In this document: piece after piece, positions 11,600 through 26,900 of the stretch
How the letters are laid out: each line of letters begins with the position of its first letter
How positions within the stretch are numbered: position 1 is the first letter of the stretch
NCBI RefSeq assembly: GCF_009914755.1
Contig: NC_060932.1
DNA: 64,000 nt
Direction: 5' to 3' (one strand)
Source: the human T2T-CHM13v2.0 reference genome, Homo sapiens
Made by a program: the position numbers and the translations under genes
Notes under the pieces: generated by a model
What the model was told of the DNA's origin: nothing
Database searches by the model: none
What the model saw: the letters and a program-made list of their open reading frames with translations, nothing else

Positions 11600-14406
11600 A
11601 CTTTAGGTAACTCTTACAGTGGAGGGTAAGTCCATCCCCTGTTTAATCAATACGGAGGCTACCCACTCCACATTACCTTCTTTTCAAAGGCATGTTTCCC
11701 TTGCCCCCATAACTGTTGTAGGTATTGACAGTCAAGCTTCAAAACCCCTTAAAACTCCCCCACTCTTGTGCCAACTTGGACAATATTCTTTTATGCACTC
11801 TTTTTTAGTTATTCCCACCTGCCCAGTTCCCTTATTAGGCCGAGATATTTTAACCAAATTATCTGCTTCCATGAGTATTCCTGGACTACAGCCACATCTC
11901 ATTGCCACCCTTCTTCCCAACCCAAAGCCTCCTTCACATCTTCCTCTCATATCCCCCCAGCTTAACCCACAAGTATAGGACACCTCTACTCCCTCCCTGG
12001 CAACCGATCACACATCCATTACTATCCCATTAAAACCTAATCACCCTTACCACACTCAACACCAATATCCCATCCCGCAGCACGCTTTAAAAGGATTAAA
12101 GCCTGTTATCACTCGCCTGTTACAGCATGGCCTTTTAAAGCCTATTAACTCTCCTTACAATTCCCCCATTTTACCTGTCCAAAAACTGGACAAGCCTTAC
12201 AGGTTAGTTCAGGATCTGTGCCTTATCAACCAAATTGTCTTGCCTATCCACCCCGTGGTGCCAAACCCGTATACTCTCCTATCCTCAATACCTCCCTCCA
12301 CAACCCCTCCAAAACCCATTATTCTGCTCTGGGTCTCAAACATGCTTTCTTTACTGTTCCTTTGCACCCTTCATCCCAGCATCTCTCCGCTTTCACTTGG
12401 ACTGACCCTGACACCCATCAGCCTCAGCAACTTACCTGGGCTGTACTGCTGCAAGGCTTCACCGACAGCCCCCATTACTTCAGTCAAGCCCAAATTTCTT
12501 CCTCATCCATTACCTATTTTGGCATAATTCTTCATAAAAACACACGTGCTCTCCCTGCCGATCATGTCCAACTGATCTCTCAACCCCCAACCCCTTCTAC
12601 AAAATAACAACTCCTTTCCTTCCTGGGCATGCTTGGATACTTTCGCCTTTGGATATCTGGTTTTGCCATCCTAACAAAACCATTAAATAAACTCACAAAA
12701 GGAAACCTAGCTGACCCCATAGATCCTAAATCCTTTCCCCACTCCTTTTTCTATTCCTTGAAGACAGCTTTAGAGACCGCTCCCACACTAGCTCTCCCTG
12801 ATTCATCCTTACCTTTTTTTTTCATTACACACACCTGAAGTGCAGGGTTGTGTGGTCAAAATTCTTACACAAGGACCGGGACCATGCCCTGTGGCCTTTT
12901 TATCCAAACAACTTGACCTTACTGTTTTAGCCTAGCCCTCATGTCTGCATGTGGTGGCTGCCACCACTCTAATACTTTTAGAGGCCCTAAAAATCACAAA
13001 CTATGCTCAACTCACTCTCTACAGCTCTCATAACTTCCAAAATCTATTTTCTTCCTCACACCTGACGCATATACTTTCTGCTCCCTGGTTCCTTCAGTTA
13101 TACTCACTCTTTGTTGAGTCTCCTACAATTGCCATTGTTCCTGGCCCAGACTTCAATCTGGCCTCCCACATTATTCCTGCTACCACACCTGACCCCCATG
13201 GCTGTATCTCTCTGATACACCTGGCATTTACTCCATTTCTCCATATTTCCTCCTTTCCTGTTCCTCACCCTGATCACACCTGGTTTACTGACGGCAGTTC
13301 CACCAGGCCTAATTGCCACACACTAGCAAAGGCAGGCTATGCTATAGTATCTTCCACATCTACCATTGAGGCTACCACTCTGCCCCCCTCCACTACCTCT
13401 CAGCAAGCCAAACTCATTGCCTTAACTGGAGCCCTCACTCTTGCAAAAGAATTACGCATCAATATTTATACTGACTCTAAATATTCCTTCCATATCCTGC
13501 ACCACCATGCTGTTGTATGGGCAAAAAGAGGTTTCCTCACTACGCAAGGGTCCTCCGTCGTTAATGCCTCTTTAATAAAAACTCTTCTCAAGGCCACTTT
13601 ACTTCCAAAGGAAGCTGGAGTCATTCACGGCGAGGGCCATCAAAAGGCATCAGATCCCATCACTCAGGGCAGTGCTTATGCTGATAAGGTAGCTAAAGAA
13701 GCAGCTTAGTGTTCCAACTTCTGTCCCTCATGGCCAGTTTTTCTCTTTCTCCTCTGGTCACTCCCACCTACTCCCCCACTGAAACTTCCACCTGTCAATC
13801 TCTTCCCACACAAGGCAAATGGTTCTTGGATGAAGGAAAATATCTCCTTCTAGCCTCACAGGCCCATTCTATTTTGTCATCATTTCATAACCTCTTCCTT
13901 GTAGGTTACAAGCCACTAGCCCGCCTCTTAGAACCTCTCATTTCCTTTCCATCGTGGAAATCTATCCTCAAAAAAATCACTTCTCAGTGTTCCATCTGCT
14001 ATTCTACTACTACTCAGGAATTTCTCAGGCCCCCTCCCTTCCCTACACATCAAGCTCAGGGATTTGCCCCTGCCCAGGACTGGCAAATTGACTTTACTCA
14101 CATGCCCCAAGTCAGGAAACTAAAAAACCTCTTGGACTGGGTAGGCACTTTCACTGGATGGGTAGAGGCTTTTCCCACAGGGTCTGAAAAGGCCACCACC
14201 GTCATTTCTTCCCTTCTGTCAGACATAATTCCTCAATTTGCCCTTCCCACCTCTATACAGTCCAATAACAGACCAGCCTTTACTAGTCAAATCACCCAAG
14301 CAGTGTCTCAGGCTCTTGGTATTCAGTGGAACCTTCATACCCCTTACTGTCCTCAGTCTTCAGGAAAGGTAGAATGGACTAATGGTCTTTTAAAAACAAC
14401 CTCACT
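11600..14406 (+). pseudogene. pol: HERV-H pro-pol remnant (protease, RT, RNase H, integrase)
   Basis: Protease LINTEATHS (catalytic D reads N) and LLGRDIL. RT AFTW..LTWAVLLQGFTDSPHYF with the YxDD region absent. RNase H WFTDGSS / QQAKL / YTDSKY in ORF 12951-13709. Integrase H..H..CSIC, WQIDFTHMP, IQSNN, SSGKVE in ORF 13709-14434. Confidence 0.92.
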
Positions 14407-14902
<496 letters not shown>

Positions 14903-15170
14903 TCATCCAAAACCATATCCAGGCCATCACCAATCACTCTATATAACAAATGTTTTTTCTAACAACCCCACAATATCACCCCTTACCACAAAATCTTCCT
15001 TCAGCTTAATCTCTCCCACTCTAGGTTCCCACGCCACCCCTAATCCCACTCGAAGCAGCCCTTAGAAACATCACCCATTTTCTCTCTATATCACCCGCAA
15101 AAATTTTCACCACCCCAACACTTCAACACTATTTTGTTTTACTTTTCTTATTAATATAAGAAGACACGAA

Positions 15171-15538
15171 TGTCAGGCCTCTGAGCCCAAGCCTGCACGT
15201 ATACATCCAGATGGCCTGAAGCAAGTGAAGAATCACAAAAGAAGTGAAAATGGCCAGTTCCTGCCTTAAGTGATGACATTACCTTGTGAAATTCTTTCTC
15301 CTGGCTCAGAAGCTCCCCAACTGAGCACCTTGTGACCCTAGCCCCTGCCCACCAGAGAACAACCCCCTTTGATTATAATTTTCCACTACCTACTCAAATC
15401 CTATAAAACGGCCCCACCCCTATCTCCCTTCACTGACTGTCTTTTCAGACTCAGCCCACCTGCATCCAGGTGAAATAAACAGCCTTGTTGCTCACACAAA
15501 GCCTGTTTGGTGGTCTCTTCACACAGACAGGCATGACA
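15171..15538 (+). promoter_or_regulatory. HERV-H 3' LTR (short LTR7-group variant), structurally complete
   Basis: TATAAAA at 15402-15408, CCCCACCCC at 15412-15420, AATAAA at 15474-15479, TG...CA ends. Confidence 0.9.
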
Positions 15539-15938
15539 AGCAGTTTCCCCATAAGATCTCAGGAGCTGGGCAAGTGTGCTCCTGCATGTACACTGAGAGG
15601 CAAAAAGGTGGAGTTTAACTGGCATATGACCATCTAGGAACATTTGGACTGTTTAAGGGAAGAGCGCCTCTAGTAAGCATGCATACAACTCCATTAAACA
15701 CACTGTGCATGCTGCCCCTTCCAAATGCCGATAAGTCTTTGCACATGTAGGCAGCCCACCCCAAAGGAAGAATCAGGGGACAAGGGACACAAGACCCTGG
15801 AAGCCTGCTAACATATAAAACCCTAAGTCAAAGGTCAAACAGTACACTCGATCTCTCGAGTAGTCTTCTTGGCCCTCTTCCAAATGTACTTTCCTTCCTG
15901 TCATTCTTGCTCCCAAAGTGCTGGGATTACAGGTGTGA

Positions 15939-16260
<322 letters not shown>

Positions 16261-18877
16261 TAAAGATTTTTAATAAACTTTCACTCTTGCTCTAAAAGTT
16301 GCCTTGGTCTCACCTTCTGCCTTATGCCCCTCAGTTGAATTCTTTCTTCTGAGGAGGGAAGAATTGAGGTTGCTGCAGGCCCATACAGATTTGTGGCCAC
16401 TTCGGTGCTGTATGACTTGGATATATTCTCTCCTGCTAACATTAGCTCCTGTGCTTTCCAACGTTTCTGGGATTTCTGCTTTTTACTTTTTGTTGGATCT
16501 CTGCAACTCTGCCATACTGAGAGTGATTTAGAAGAAGTAACAAAACTGTTTGGATCACCATGTACTACCACTCTCTTCTCTTAATATCATGTTTCAACTG
16601 ACTATATAAGTCTCCTCCCACTGCCAGTTTCTAGGAATTTTAAGAATGGCTGGCTCCTGAAGACTGGAAACATGCCTACAGAGACTGCCTGGTCCATTTC
16701 TCAGTTATAGTACAAGTTGTATAAAAAATACTGGGTTCTATAATCCTTCAATCACTTACATAACAGAATTTACCTTTACATATAGTAATTGTCAATACAT
16801 GCATTTCAGAGCAGAAAGGTTGTTTAGAACACACTACTCTAAGGTATTATTAGCTGCTAGGTGGCTATGTGAGAAGAGTAGATTTTACTTGAAGTGAAGT
16901 TGTAGATATGGAGTATAAGCCAAAAATATGCTTATTTCTTCAAGGCTTTGGTCAGAAATAGAGTATTCATAAGACACAGGTGAAAGTAAATGTGTAATGA
17001 CAAAGACCTAGTGAGTCAAAGGATTTGTTCCCAGGTGAATCCAGTCTGCCTGGAGGAAGGTTGAAGCTGAGAAGATTGCAAGACAGTTGGGGTTTTCAGG
17101 ATCTAAGCTCATCGAGTAATGCAAAATCGAAATGTAAACTTTTCAATTACATCTTTCTTATAAAGTTTGAGGTCTAAGATTTCTAAAGCTGTGTTAAAAT
17201 AACCTGGACTTTTGAACCACATACAATAAGAAAGACTGCCAGTGGAGAGAAGGGCTTATGAACACTAAAATTGTATCTTTGAAGGAGAAATATTCTCTAT
17301 TATTTTAACTGGTGACAGCTAAATTTTAATGGGAAGATTGTGGATGGCTCAGAAATTCTGTTGGAGATTGTGGTCAACATTTTACATTATTGATATTTCT
17401 CATTATTGGAATATAATTAAACATTCTTATGCTTTTAAGAATTTTATTGAAGTTCTTAATTTAGTGATAGCTTGTATCTTTTCAGCTGTGACTTAACATC
17501 ATGACTGCTTAGCAGTATTTTGATTGTTTGCATTTCTTTTAGCTTAAAAGAGCATTGCCTGCAGAATACTTAGAAGTAAAATGATTCCTGTTGAATTAAT
17601 CTTTATTTTATTGCTAATGAAATTATATATAGAATGAAATTTTATATGACATATAACCATGGTCTGCCTCTTAAAAATTGCTCTATTTGTGGTTTTATAT
17701 GCTTTCTTTAGCTCACATCAATGGCAATATATTCAAGGCATTAATTTGTTGGTGAAGTTTACATGGCACTGTATATGAAATACTCATATTTTATTTAAAA
17801 TTAATTTATCAGAGCAGAATGGGCATGCTAAAAATTCAACTAGTACAGAAAAGGTTATAATAAAAAGTTCTACTCTGCCTACTCACTTGGCAGAAGCAAT
17901 CATTTTCAACTGTTATTATCATTTGTTGGTTGATTCCATACCTTTATACAATAAGCTATTTCTTGAAATATGGACTCTGTTGCCTCTATTATGAAAGATA
18001 CATATTTAACTCATACTATTTAATCCCTTTCTGTCCTCCCAATTATTGAGATTAGTATTATTAATTATTCCATTAGCTCCCCTTGTAATTTTAAACATTG
18101 TATGTAAATTTATATGTATTATTTCATCATATTCAGACAGTAACTCTTGATTTTGAACTAATGTTAAAACATGGTTTTTTGCAACTTTATTATTCATTTT
18201 CAAATTTTGCCACTTATAATTTTACTTTCACATTATTAATGTTGATAATATTTATATTTGACTCTGCAGGTATAATTGGGTCTTCTGTTGTTAATTTATT
18301 ACTTGGCTCAATGTAAATATTCCATGCTTTATTTATATCCATATCTACAGAAATATTCCATGAATTATCTACATTTAAATAAATATCTCAGTATTTGTTT
18401 ATAGGTTGATTCTAAATAAATTTTATTATTTTAATGTTTTTAGCTTCAGATCCAAATGGTATGCTAGCATTCTCTTCCTAGCAGTCCACTGTCAAGACTT
18501 CACTGTTAGAAGAAGAATCACACCAGAATTAAGGTCAAATGGATTATCTTATTCTTAATTGCTGAAAATCACACCTCATTGAAATTTGCTTCATAACTGA
18601 ACCATGAATTTTTCATCAAACATACTTTTGTGTTTCTCCTCCTGGCATTCTTTATGAGGAACTTCTTTTTGGAGCTCACTGACTTCCTGTTCTAATTTGG
18701 TCCAGTTATTTTCTAGAATTGCTACATGACTGTCATCCTGGGACATCCTTCTGTTGGAATCTGGGAGAGCTTACAACTTTTCATATCCTCTCTTCTTCTT
18801 TGTGTTTTTCACCCTGAAGTGTACAAAGTCAAATGAATTTCCTAGAAAAACTAGTGAGTTAATATTTTGAGTCCTTG

Positions 18878-19655
18878 TGATATGGGAGGGGGGCAGGGAA
18901 GTGCTGGGTAGAGAAGGGTGGGGTCCCTGGTGAGGGCTCCACTCTCAGGCCTGTGCTCATGGACCTAAATGAGGACAGGCATTTCTGTTTTCATGCCCCA
19001 AATGTTGCCTTTTGGCCCACCATGCGCCCCATCCTGTACCCATAAAAACCCAAGACTTGAGAAGGCACAGACACAAGTGGCGGGACGTCAAGAGAGCTGA
19101 AGAACACAGCAACAGACACCAGCAGACAACATCAGGCCATCGATGGCTGCATGATGTGGAATTTGGCTGGGGGCAGTTGGAGGAGAGTCTGGCTATTGGG
19201 CGACCTGACTCCAGGGGAAGACTACCTTCCCACTCCATCCCCCTTGGGGCTCCTCATGCATCTCACGAGAGCTACCTCCACCACTCAATAAAACCTTGCA
19301 CGCATCCTCCAAGCCCACGTGTGATCCGACTTCTTGGGTACACTAGGGCAAGAACCCGGGATACAGAAAGCCCTCTGTCCGTGTGATAAGGCACAGGGTC
19401 TAGTGGAGCTGATTAACACAAGCCACCTGCAGAAGGCAAAGCTGAAAGAGCACACCACAACACATGCCCACTGGGGCTTCGGGAGCTGCAAACACTCAAC
19501 CCTAGACACTGTCGTGGGGTCAGAGCCCCAAAACACTCCCCACGACCTGCTCATCTGCATGCTCCCCTCAGGAGTTTGAGCAGCAGGTCACCGAAGAAGC
19601 GAGCCACACCCGTTGCATGCCGTGTGAGGGGGATAAGGGAACTTCTCCCATTTCA
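18878..19655 (+). mobile_element. ERV1 solo LTR of the LTR27/LTR28 (LTR1-related) group
   Basis: Starts tgatatgggaggggggcagggaagtgctgggtagagaaggg; caataaaaccttgcac polyA region; ends cccatttca. GC-rich relative to the flanking old L1M sequence. Confidence 0.72.
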
Positions 19656-20550
19656 TCTGAATATCTGAAAGTATCTGTAGTTGGGACTCACGTTTTATTT
19701 ATAATTTGTCTCGATATAGAAGTAAAGGTATAATTTCCTATAGAAATTTGAAACATTGTTCCCTTGTCACATCTTGCTGATAAAAAACCTTATGTCAGAT
19801 GATTTTTGGTCTGATAATATAGAAATTTTGATTAACTTACTAAATAATTATATTTCAATATGATTCATTTGGTAATAATTTTATTTTATTTTTATTCTGT
19901 CATGTCTATTTAAGTTGTATAATACTTTCAGATATAGAATTTGACAAAGTTCCTATGGCAAATATGAAGCTGCATAAAATCTGCTTCCTGACCCAGAGAA
20001 CTTGGAGGTTGTTGTGATTATGATTATTTTATATTATGCTCATACTACTTAAAACTCATTTGTTCTTTCTTAGTTATTATAATTTCTTAGGACTTTTAGA
20101 TCACAGATTATTGTCCCATTACTTTGTAATATATGTTTTGCTTTTAAGAAAAAAAGTTCAGCTGCTTTATTTTTTGTATCAAAATACACAATTTTAGCAT
20201 TTGGAACGTGAGAGAGGATGAGAAAAGAGAGACTTAGAAGATATAATTAGTATCAATTAGGGCAAAATATATATGTATCACTATAGCAACATGTTATATC
20301 ATTTAAAAGCATATACTGTGGAGCTAAGTAGATAATGGATTCAAATAACAACTCTTTTCTTTATTGTTTATGAAGATTTTGGAAAGTTACTATTTCTCAT
20401 CTCCAGTTTCCTCCCCTATAAAGCAGAGCAAATCATTTCTACCCATGAAATTATAAGGATGTGTGAAATATGGTATACAAAAAGCCTGGCTTATAGTTGG
20501 CATCAGTGTAATATAAGCATTTTTGTATACACTCTCTTTATATGTATTAT

Positions 20551-20841
20551 TACTTTTTTGAGATGGAGTCTCACTCTGTGGCTCAGGCTGGAGTGCAATG
20601 GCGCTATCTCAATTCACTGCAACTTCTGCCTCCCAGATTCAAGCAATCCTCCTGCCTCAGCCTCCTAAGTAGCTGGGATTATAGGCGCCCACCACCACGC
20701 CTGGCTAATTTTTGCATTTTTAGTAGAGATGGGGTTTCACCATGTTGGCCAAGCTAGTCATGAATTCCTGACTTCAGGTGATCCACCTGCCTTAGCCTCC
20801 CAAAATACTGGGATTACAGGCATGAGCCACAGCACCTTGCC
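20551..20841 (-). mobile_element. AluS
   Basis: Full dimer; TSD tatatgtattat at 20539-20550 and 20842-20853. Confidence 0.92.
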
Positions 20842-21299
20842 TATATGTATTATATTTTTAAACAGCTCTTCACAATAGATGATTAGCAAGTAGCCCCAAT
20901 TGTTGGCATATTTTTATTCAAAATATTTCTTCATCGTCCTTTTACTGTCTTTAAGGATCTGTAGTGACAATTTTCTTTCAATGTTGATATTGGTAATAAG
21001 CATTTTCTCTCTTTCTCTCGTTATTTCTGGATTAGCCATGAATTTATCAATTTTGTGGATTTTTTTTTAAACTGGCTTTTTACTTTTCTCAATTGTCAGT
21101 TTTCTGTTTCTTCCATTTCTGCTCTTTATTCCTACCTTCCTTTGATTTACTCTTGGTTTACTTTTCTTTTTCTAGCTCCTTCAGGTGGAAATGTGGGTCA
21201 TTAGGTTAAATCTTTTTGATTTTCTAATATAAATATTTAAAGCTATACATTTGCCTTATATGTACTGTTTCAGTTTATCCTACATATATATATATTTAA

Positions 21300-21615
21300 T
21301 TTTACTTTTGTTTGAGTGCTTTGTTTTATTAGACAAGGTCTCTGTCACCCACGCTGGAGTGCGGTGGGGTGATCTTGGTTCACTATAGCCTCTGCCTCCC
21401 AGGCTCAAAGCAGTCCTCCCACCTCAGCCTCCAAAGTAGCTGGGACTACAGGTGCACCGCTCCACCAGCTATTTTTTTTTTTTTTTTTATTTTTCTGTAG
21501 AGACAGGGCTTTATCATCTTGCCCAGGCTGGTCTCAAACTCCTAGGCTCAAGCAATCTATTTGCCTTGGCCTCCCAAAGTGCTGAGATTACGGGCGTGAG
21601 CCACCACACCTGGCC
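21300..21615 (-). mobile_element. AluJ within an old minus-strand L1M
   Basis: AluJ-type motifs cccaggctcaa..tcctcccacctcagcc and ctcctaggctcaagcaatc. Confidence 0.85.
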
Positions 21616-23657
21616 CATCCCACATATTTTACGTGTTATGTTTTTATTATCACTCAAGACATAAGTTACATTTAGTCTTGAAGTGTATTTTATCTGACAT
21701 TAACATAACATTACTCCAGACTCTTTATGCTGCTAACATGGTGTTATGTTTTTTCATCTATTTATTTTTGATCTATCCGTTCTTTATTTTTAAAGTACAT
21801 GTCTACAAAAGCCAGCATATGCACTGTAGTTGGGATTTGCATTTTAAAAAATCCAATTTGACAGTTTCATTCTGTTAATTGGCATACGTTGTCCATGAAC
21901 GTTTAATTTAATTATTGATAATATTGTTGGATTTATTTTATCAATTTATTATTTACTATTTGCCACTTCTGCTTTTGATTCTTCTGTTCCTCCTTTTTTT
22001 TCTTTTTGCCATCTTTTGACTAACTGAATTTTGTAAATTCTATTTTAAATTTAGTTACTGGCATTTTAGCCATATTGTCTTGCATTACTTCTTAAGTGCT
22101 TGCTTTAGGAATTATAATTTCTTCTTTGCTTTTCATGCTGTGCCTAAAATTAATATTTTACTAGTTTGCATAAAATATAATATTTAAATAGTTCCCCAGA
22201 AAGAAAAACATGCCTTTAAGAATGTTGAGAGAATGTCAGGTAAATCTTTACTTTTAAATAGCTGATCTTTTAAGGTTGTGTACCTATAGTAGTCCTAGAG
22301 AAACTCAAGGTAGAGAAGGGGTTAACCTGATTAGATTTGTTGATGTGACTTTTGTGTAATAGGGTGAACCACACAGCATTTATCAGGGAACTACACTGTT
22401 GAAAACCTCAACAGCTTGGAATAACAGGGATGGAGTTAATTTAAAACAAGATAAAATAAAATGAAAAGAGGGCATTGGATATCTAAATATATTGGGTAAA
22501 AAGCAGGCTGAGATACAAGCTCTTTGTTTCATAATTTTGTCTAGGTTAGTTCTGGATAGGGCTATGGTAGGTATAATTAATATTCATTCTGGGAATGTCT
22601 TATATTTCCCTTGATGAACTCTATAATTTAAGGCACATTTTAAACCCTAGTAGTTTTGCAATTTAAATAGGACCACACGGAATAAGACATTGATTAATTC
22701 ATTTGAGGAGACAATATTCCAATTTATTTAATAGGTATTTTTACTAGATCTTTACTAACAGCATCTATAAATAAATAATGATGGACATACCAGCTGTAAT
22801 TATCAACATCAGAGCATGCATTTTAAAAGTTTCAGAACTGACTATTAACATTTACTAATTTCAGTGTTTAGAATCCTATTTTTCCAGAGCCTACTAATGA
22901 GACACTTAATGAACAACAAAGCTGTCATAAATCTTCTTGGGAAGATTAGAAATATCCATTAATCCACTAAAATTAAGAAGGGAATAGTTACATATGGAAT
23001 GCTAATTATAAAATAAATTCTTGATTTTAATGAAAATGCTCACAGCCTTTTTGGGATACATCTGAAACATTTGCTAAAACCATTTTTTCTCCTGATGGTG
23101 ACAGCCAGACTGTTTAAGCGTATGACATATAATTTTCCAGACACTCTTTTTAGAATGCTCAATAATATCATTTGGATGTGGATTAAGGCATGTGCAGATG
23201 CTAAGGCCCTACTCAAAGCTGCATAACAAATAAGAAACCTCATGAAAGTGTCCTTTTGCATTTCATATTTTTGAAAGATGGCCAATTTTCTATATGAAAT
23301 GATAATCTGTAAGCAATAGTATAATTTAAAAAATTATTTCTGTATGCTATCTCTGTGTGTACAGAATAAATAAAAGAACTGAGGCAATTTTTAGGTATAA
23401 TTTAAGCTAAACAATATTTTTGAATTAAAAAATATATATCCAAGTAATTTCCATTATGGAGAGTTGCTTCAAGTTTTCCTGTTAGGTAGAATGTATGTAT
23501 TAGAGTGTGTAGGATGGGTTTGCACATATGTCAGTGTATGTAGCATGTGTACCAAATTCAGAAGGAATGTTCTAAAGGGCGTTACTTACCTGGGATTTAG
23601 ACTTATTGTCAGAATCTTGACCCTAATTGTCAACATATCCAATCCAAGAATCAATTT

Positions 23658-23870
23658 CAGGGTGTCTCAACCTCAGCAGTTTTGACATTTTAGGCTTTGT
23701 TTTGTTGGGCTGCCCTTTGCATTATTTGATGCTTAGCACCATCTCTTACCTATACCCACTAGATGCCAATAGAAACCTCCCATTTGCAGTGACAACCAAA
23801 AATGTCCCCAGATATTGTTAAATGCCTCATTTGGGGGAGTTTCAAAATTGTACCTGGTTGAGAACCATTG
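23658..23870 (+). mobile_element. MER20 (hAT-Charlie MITE)
   Basis: cagggtgtctcaacc...tgacaaccaaaaatgtccccagatattg...ggttgagaaccattg. Confidence 0.85.
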
Positions 23871-23982
23871 GTCTGTATATAACCTGGCTGTTATAATCTT
23901 CACTTTCTAAAAGACTTTAGAAGGATGGCTAAGTACCAAAAAGAGCCACTTACTTTCACTGTATCTTATCAAGAAGTTAATT

Positions 23983-26900
23983 GGGACTGTGGACTGTCCA
24001 AACAAGATGGCAAAATAGAAGCCAATACCATTTATTACCACCCACCTCACTAGAACAACACCAAACTTTGACAGCTATCTGCACACAGAAAACACCATCG
24101 CAAGAACGAAAAATCAGGTGAGTAATCATAGTACCTGGTTTTAATTTCATACTGTGGAAAGAAACATTGAAGAGGGAAAAAGAGGCAGTGTTGAATTTCC
24201 CCCATCCTCTCACCCCCAACCTCTGGCAGCAGCTGTGCCTCCTGGGGAGAGAATCTGTGTACTCTGGGGAGGGAGAGTGCAGCAACTGGGGAACTTTACA
24301 TTGAACTCAGTGCTACCCCATCGCAGCGGAGAATAAAGCTGTGCTGAGCCCAGCCAGCACCAGCATGGAGGGAGCATTTGGACCAACCCTAGCTAGAGGG
24401 GAATTGTCCATCATTGGAACTTGAGTTTCTTGGCAGGCCTCACCAGCACGAGCTGAAGTGCTCTAGGATACTAGGTTAACTTGAAAGGCAGTCTAGGTCA
24501 CAAGCACTGCAATTCCTAGGCAACTCCTAGTGCTAGCTAGGCTTACAGCCAGTGAAAGAGTGTGGCATGTGACCTAGGGAGACACCAGCTGGGAAGGCCA
24601 AGGGAGGGCTTATGCCATTTTTCTCACAACCCCAGGCAGTGCAGTTCATAGCAACGAAAGTGACTCCTCCCTTCTGCTTAAGGAGAAGAGAGTGAAGAGT
24701 AATGAGGACTTTATCGTGCATCTTGGATACCAGCTCAGCCACAGTAGGATAGAGCACCAGGCAGACTTGTGAGGCCCACATTCAAGATGCTAGCTCCTGG
24801 ATGACATTTCTAGACACACTGTGGGCCAAAAGGGAGCCCACTACTTTAAAGGGAAGAATCCATCCTGACAGGATTTGGCAACTGCTGACGAAAAATCCCT
24901 TGGGCTCTGAATAACCACCAGCCTTTCCCAGGGAGTATTTCATGGGCCTTGTGCTCTGAGACATGCTGGCTTCAGGGGAGACCCAGCACATGCTCAGCTA
25001 CAGTGGCTATGGTGAAAGACTCCTTCTGTTTGAGAAAAGTACAGGGAGAATTAAAGGGGACTTTGTATTGCACCCTAGGTACCAGCTCATCCACATTGGG
25101 TTAGAGAAACAAGCAGGCTTTTGGAAGTCCTTGAGTGCAAGCCTAGGATTTTGGACAGCATTTCTGGACCTTCCCTGGGAAAGAGGAAAGCCCACTGCCC
25201 TCAAAGATGAGTCCTAGGCCTGGCGGCATTCACGATAATGTGATGGAAGAGCCCTCGGACTTCAAGCAAACATCAGTGGTGGCCTGGCAGAACCCCCCAT
25301 GGAATGATGATGGCCAAATGGAAAGGCTACTCTGCCTGTGGAAAGGGGAGGTAAGAGTCTCTTAATAGAATTAATCAAACAGAAGAATCAATGAACTTGA
25401 AGACAAGCTATTTGAAAATACAGTCAAAGAGACAAAAAAGAATAAAAACAAAGAAGCATGCATACAAGATCTAGAAAATAGCCTCTAAAAGGCAAATCCA
25501 AGAGTTATTGGCCTTACAGAGGTGGTAAAGAAAGAGCTAGGGGTAGAAATTTTACTCAAAGGTATACTATCACAGAACTTCCCAAACCTAGAGAAAGATG
25601 TCAACACTCAAATACGAGAAGGCTCTAGAACACCAAGCCAATTTAACCCAAAGAAGACTACCTCAAGGCATTTAATAGTCAAACTCCCAAAGGTCAAGGC
25701 TAAAGAAAAGATCCCTAAAAGCAGCAAGAAAGAGGAAACAAACAACATACAATGGAGCTCCAATATGTCTGGCAGCAGACTTTTTAGTGGAAACCTTACA
25801 GGTTGGGAGAGAATGGTATGACACATTTAAATTGCTGAAAGAAAAAACTTGGCTGGGCATGGTGGCTCATGCCTGTAATCCTAGCACTTTGGGAGGTTGA
25901 GGCAGGTGGATCACCTGAGGTCAGGAGTTCGCAACCAGCCTGGCCAACATGGTGAAGCCCCATCTCTACTAAAAATAGAAAAAAAGAAAAAGAAAAAGAA
26001 AAAACTTTTACCCTAGAATGGTATATACGGCAAAAATATCCTTCAAGCACAAAAAAGATAAAGACCTTCCCATACAAACAAAATGAGGGATTTCATCAAC
26101 ACCAAACCTGTCCTACCAGAAATGCTAAAGACAATTCTTCAATCTGAAAGGAAAGGGTGTTAATGAGCAAGAAGAAATCATCTGAGGGAACAAAAGTCAG
26201 TGGTAATAGTAAGCCTATGGAAAAACACAGAATAGTATAACACTGTAATGGCGATGCATAAAGTTTTCTTGGCTTAAGTAGAAAGACTTAATGATGAATT
26301 AATTAAAAATAAGAGCTACAACAACTTTTGAAGACATAGACAATACAGTAAGACATAAAGAGAAACAACAAAAAGTTAGGAGGAATGAAGTTAAAGGGTA
26401 GAGTTTTTATTAATTGTATTTTTGTATGTTTCTTTGTTTATGCAATAACTGTTAAATTGTTATTAGTTTAAAATAAAATAGAATTTGCAAGCATCATGGT
26501 AACCTCAAATCAAAAAACATGCAATGGATGCACCGAAAATAAAAAGCAATAAATTAAAGCATACCACTAGAGAAAATCACCTTCACTAAAAGAAGACAGG
26601 AAAAAAGAAAAAAAGAAAAGACTAGAACCACCAGAAAACACTAACAAAATGTCAGGAGTAAGTCCTTACTTGTCAATAATAACATTAAATGGAAATGGAT
26701 TAAACTGCCCAATCAAAAGACATAGAGTGGTTTAATAGATGAAAAAAGCAAGACCCAACAATCTGTTGCCTACAAGAAACACACTTCATCTATAAAGATA
26801 CACATAGACTGAAACTAAAGAAATTGAAAAAGATACTCCATGAAAATGGAAACCAAGAAAGAGCAGGAGTACTTATACTTATATCAGACAAAATAGATTT

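Noticed and set aside
19012-19579. Overlapping 81-124 aa ORFs in a GC-rich block, suggesting a CpG-island gene
   Set aside because: They lie entirely within a solo LTR with TG...CA ends.
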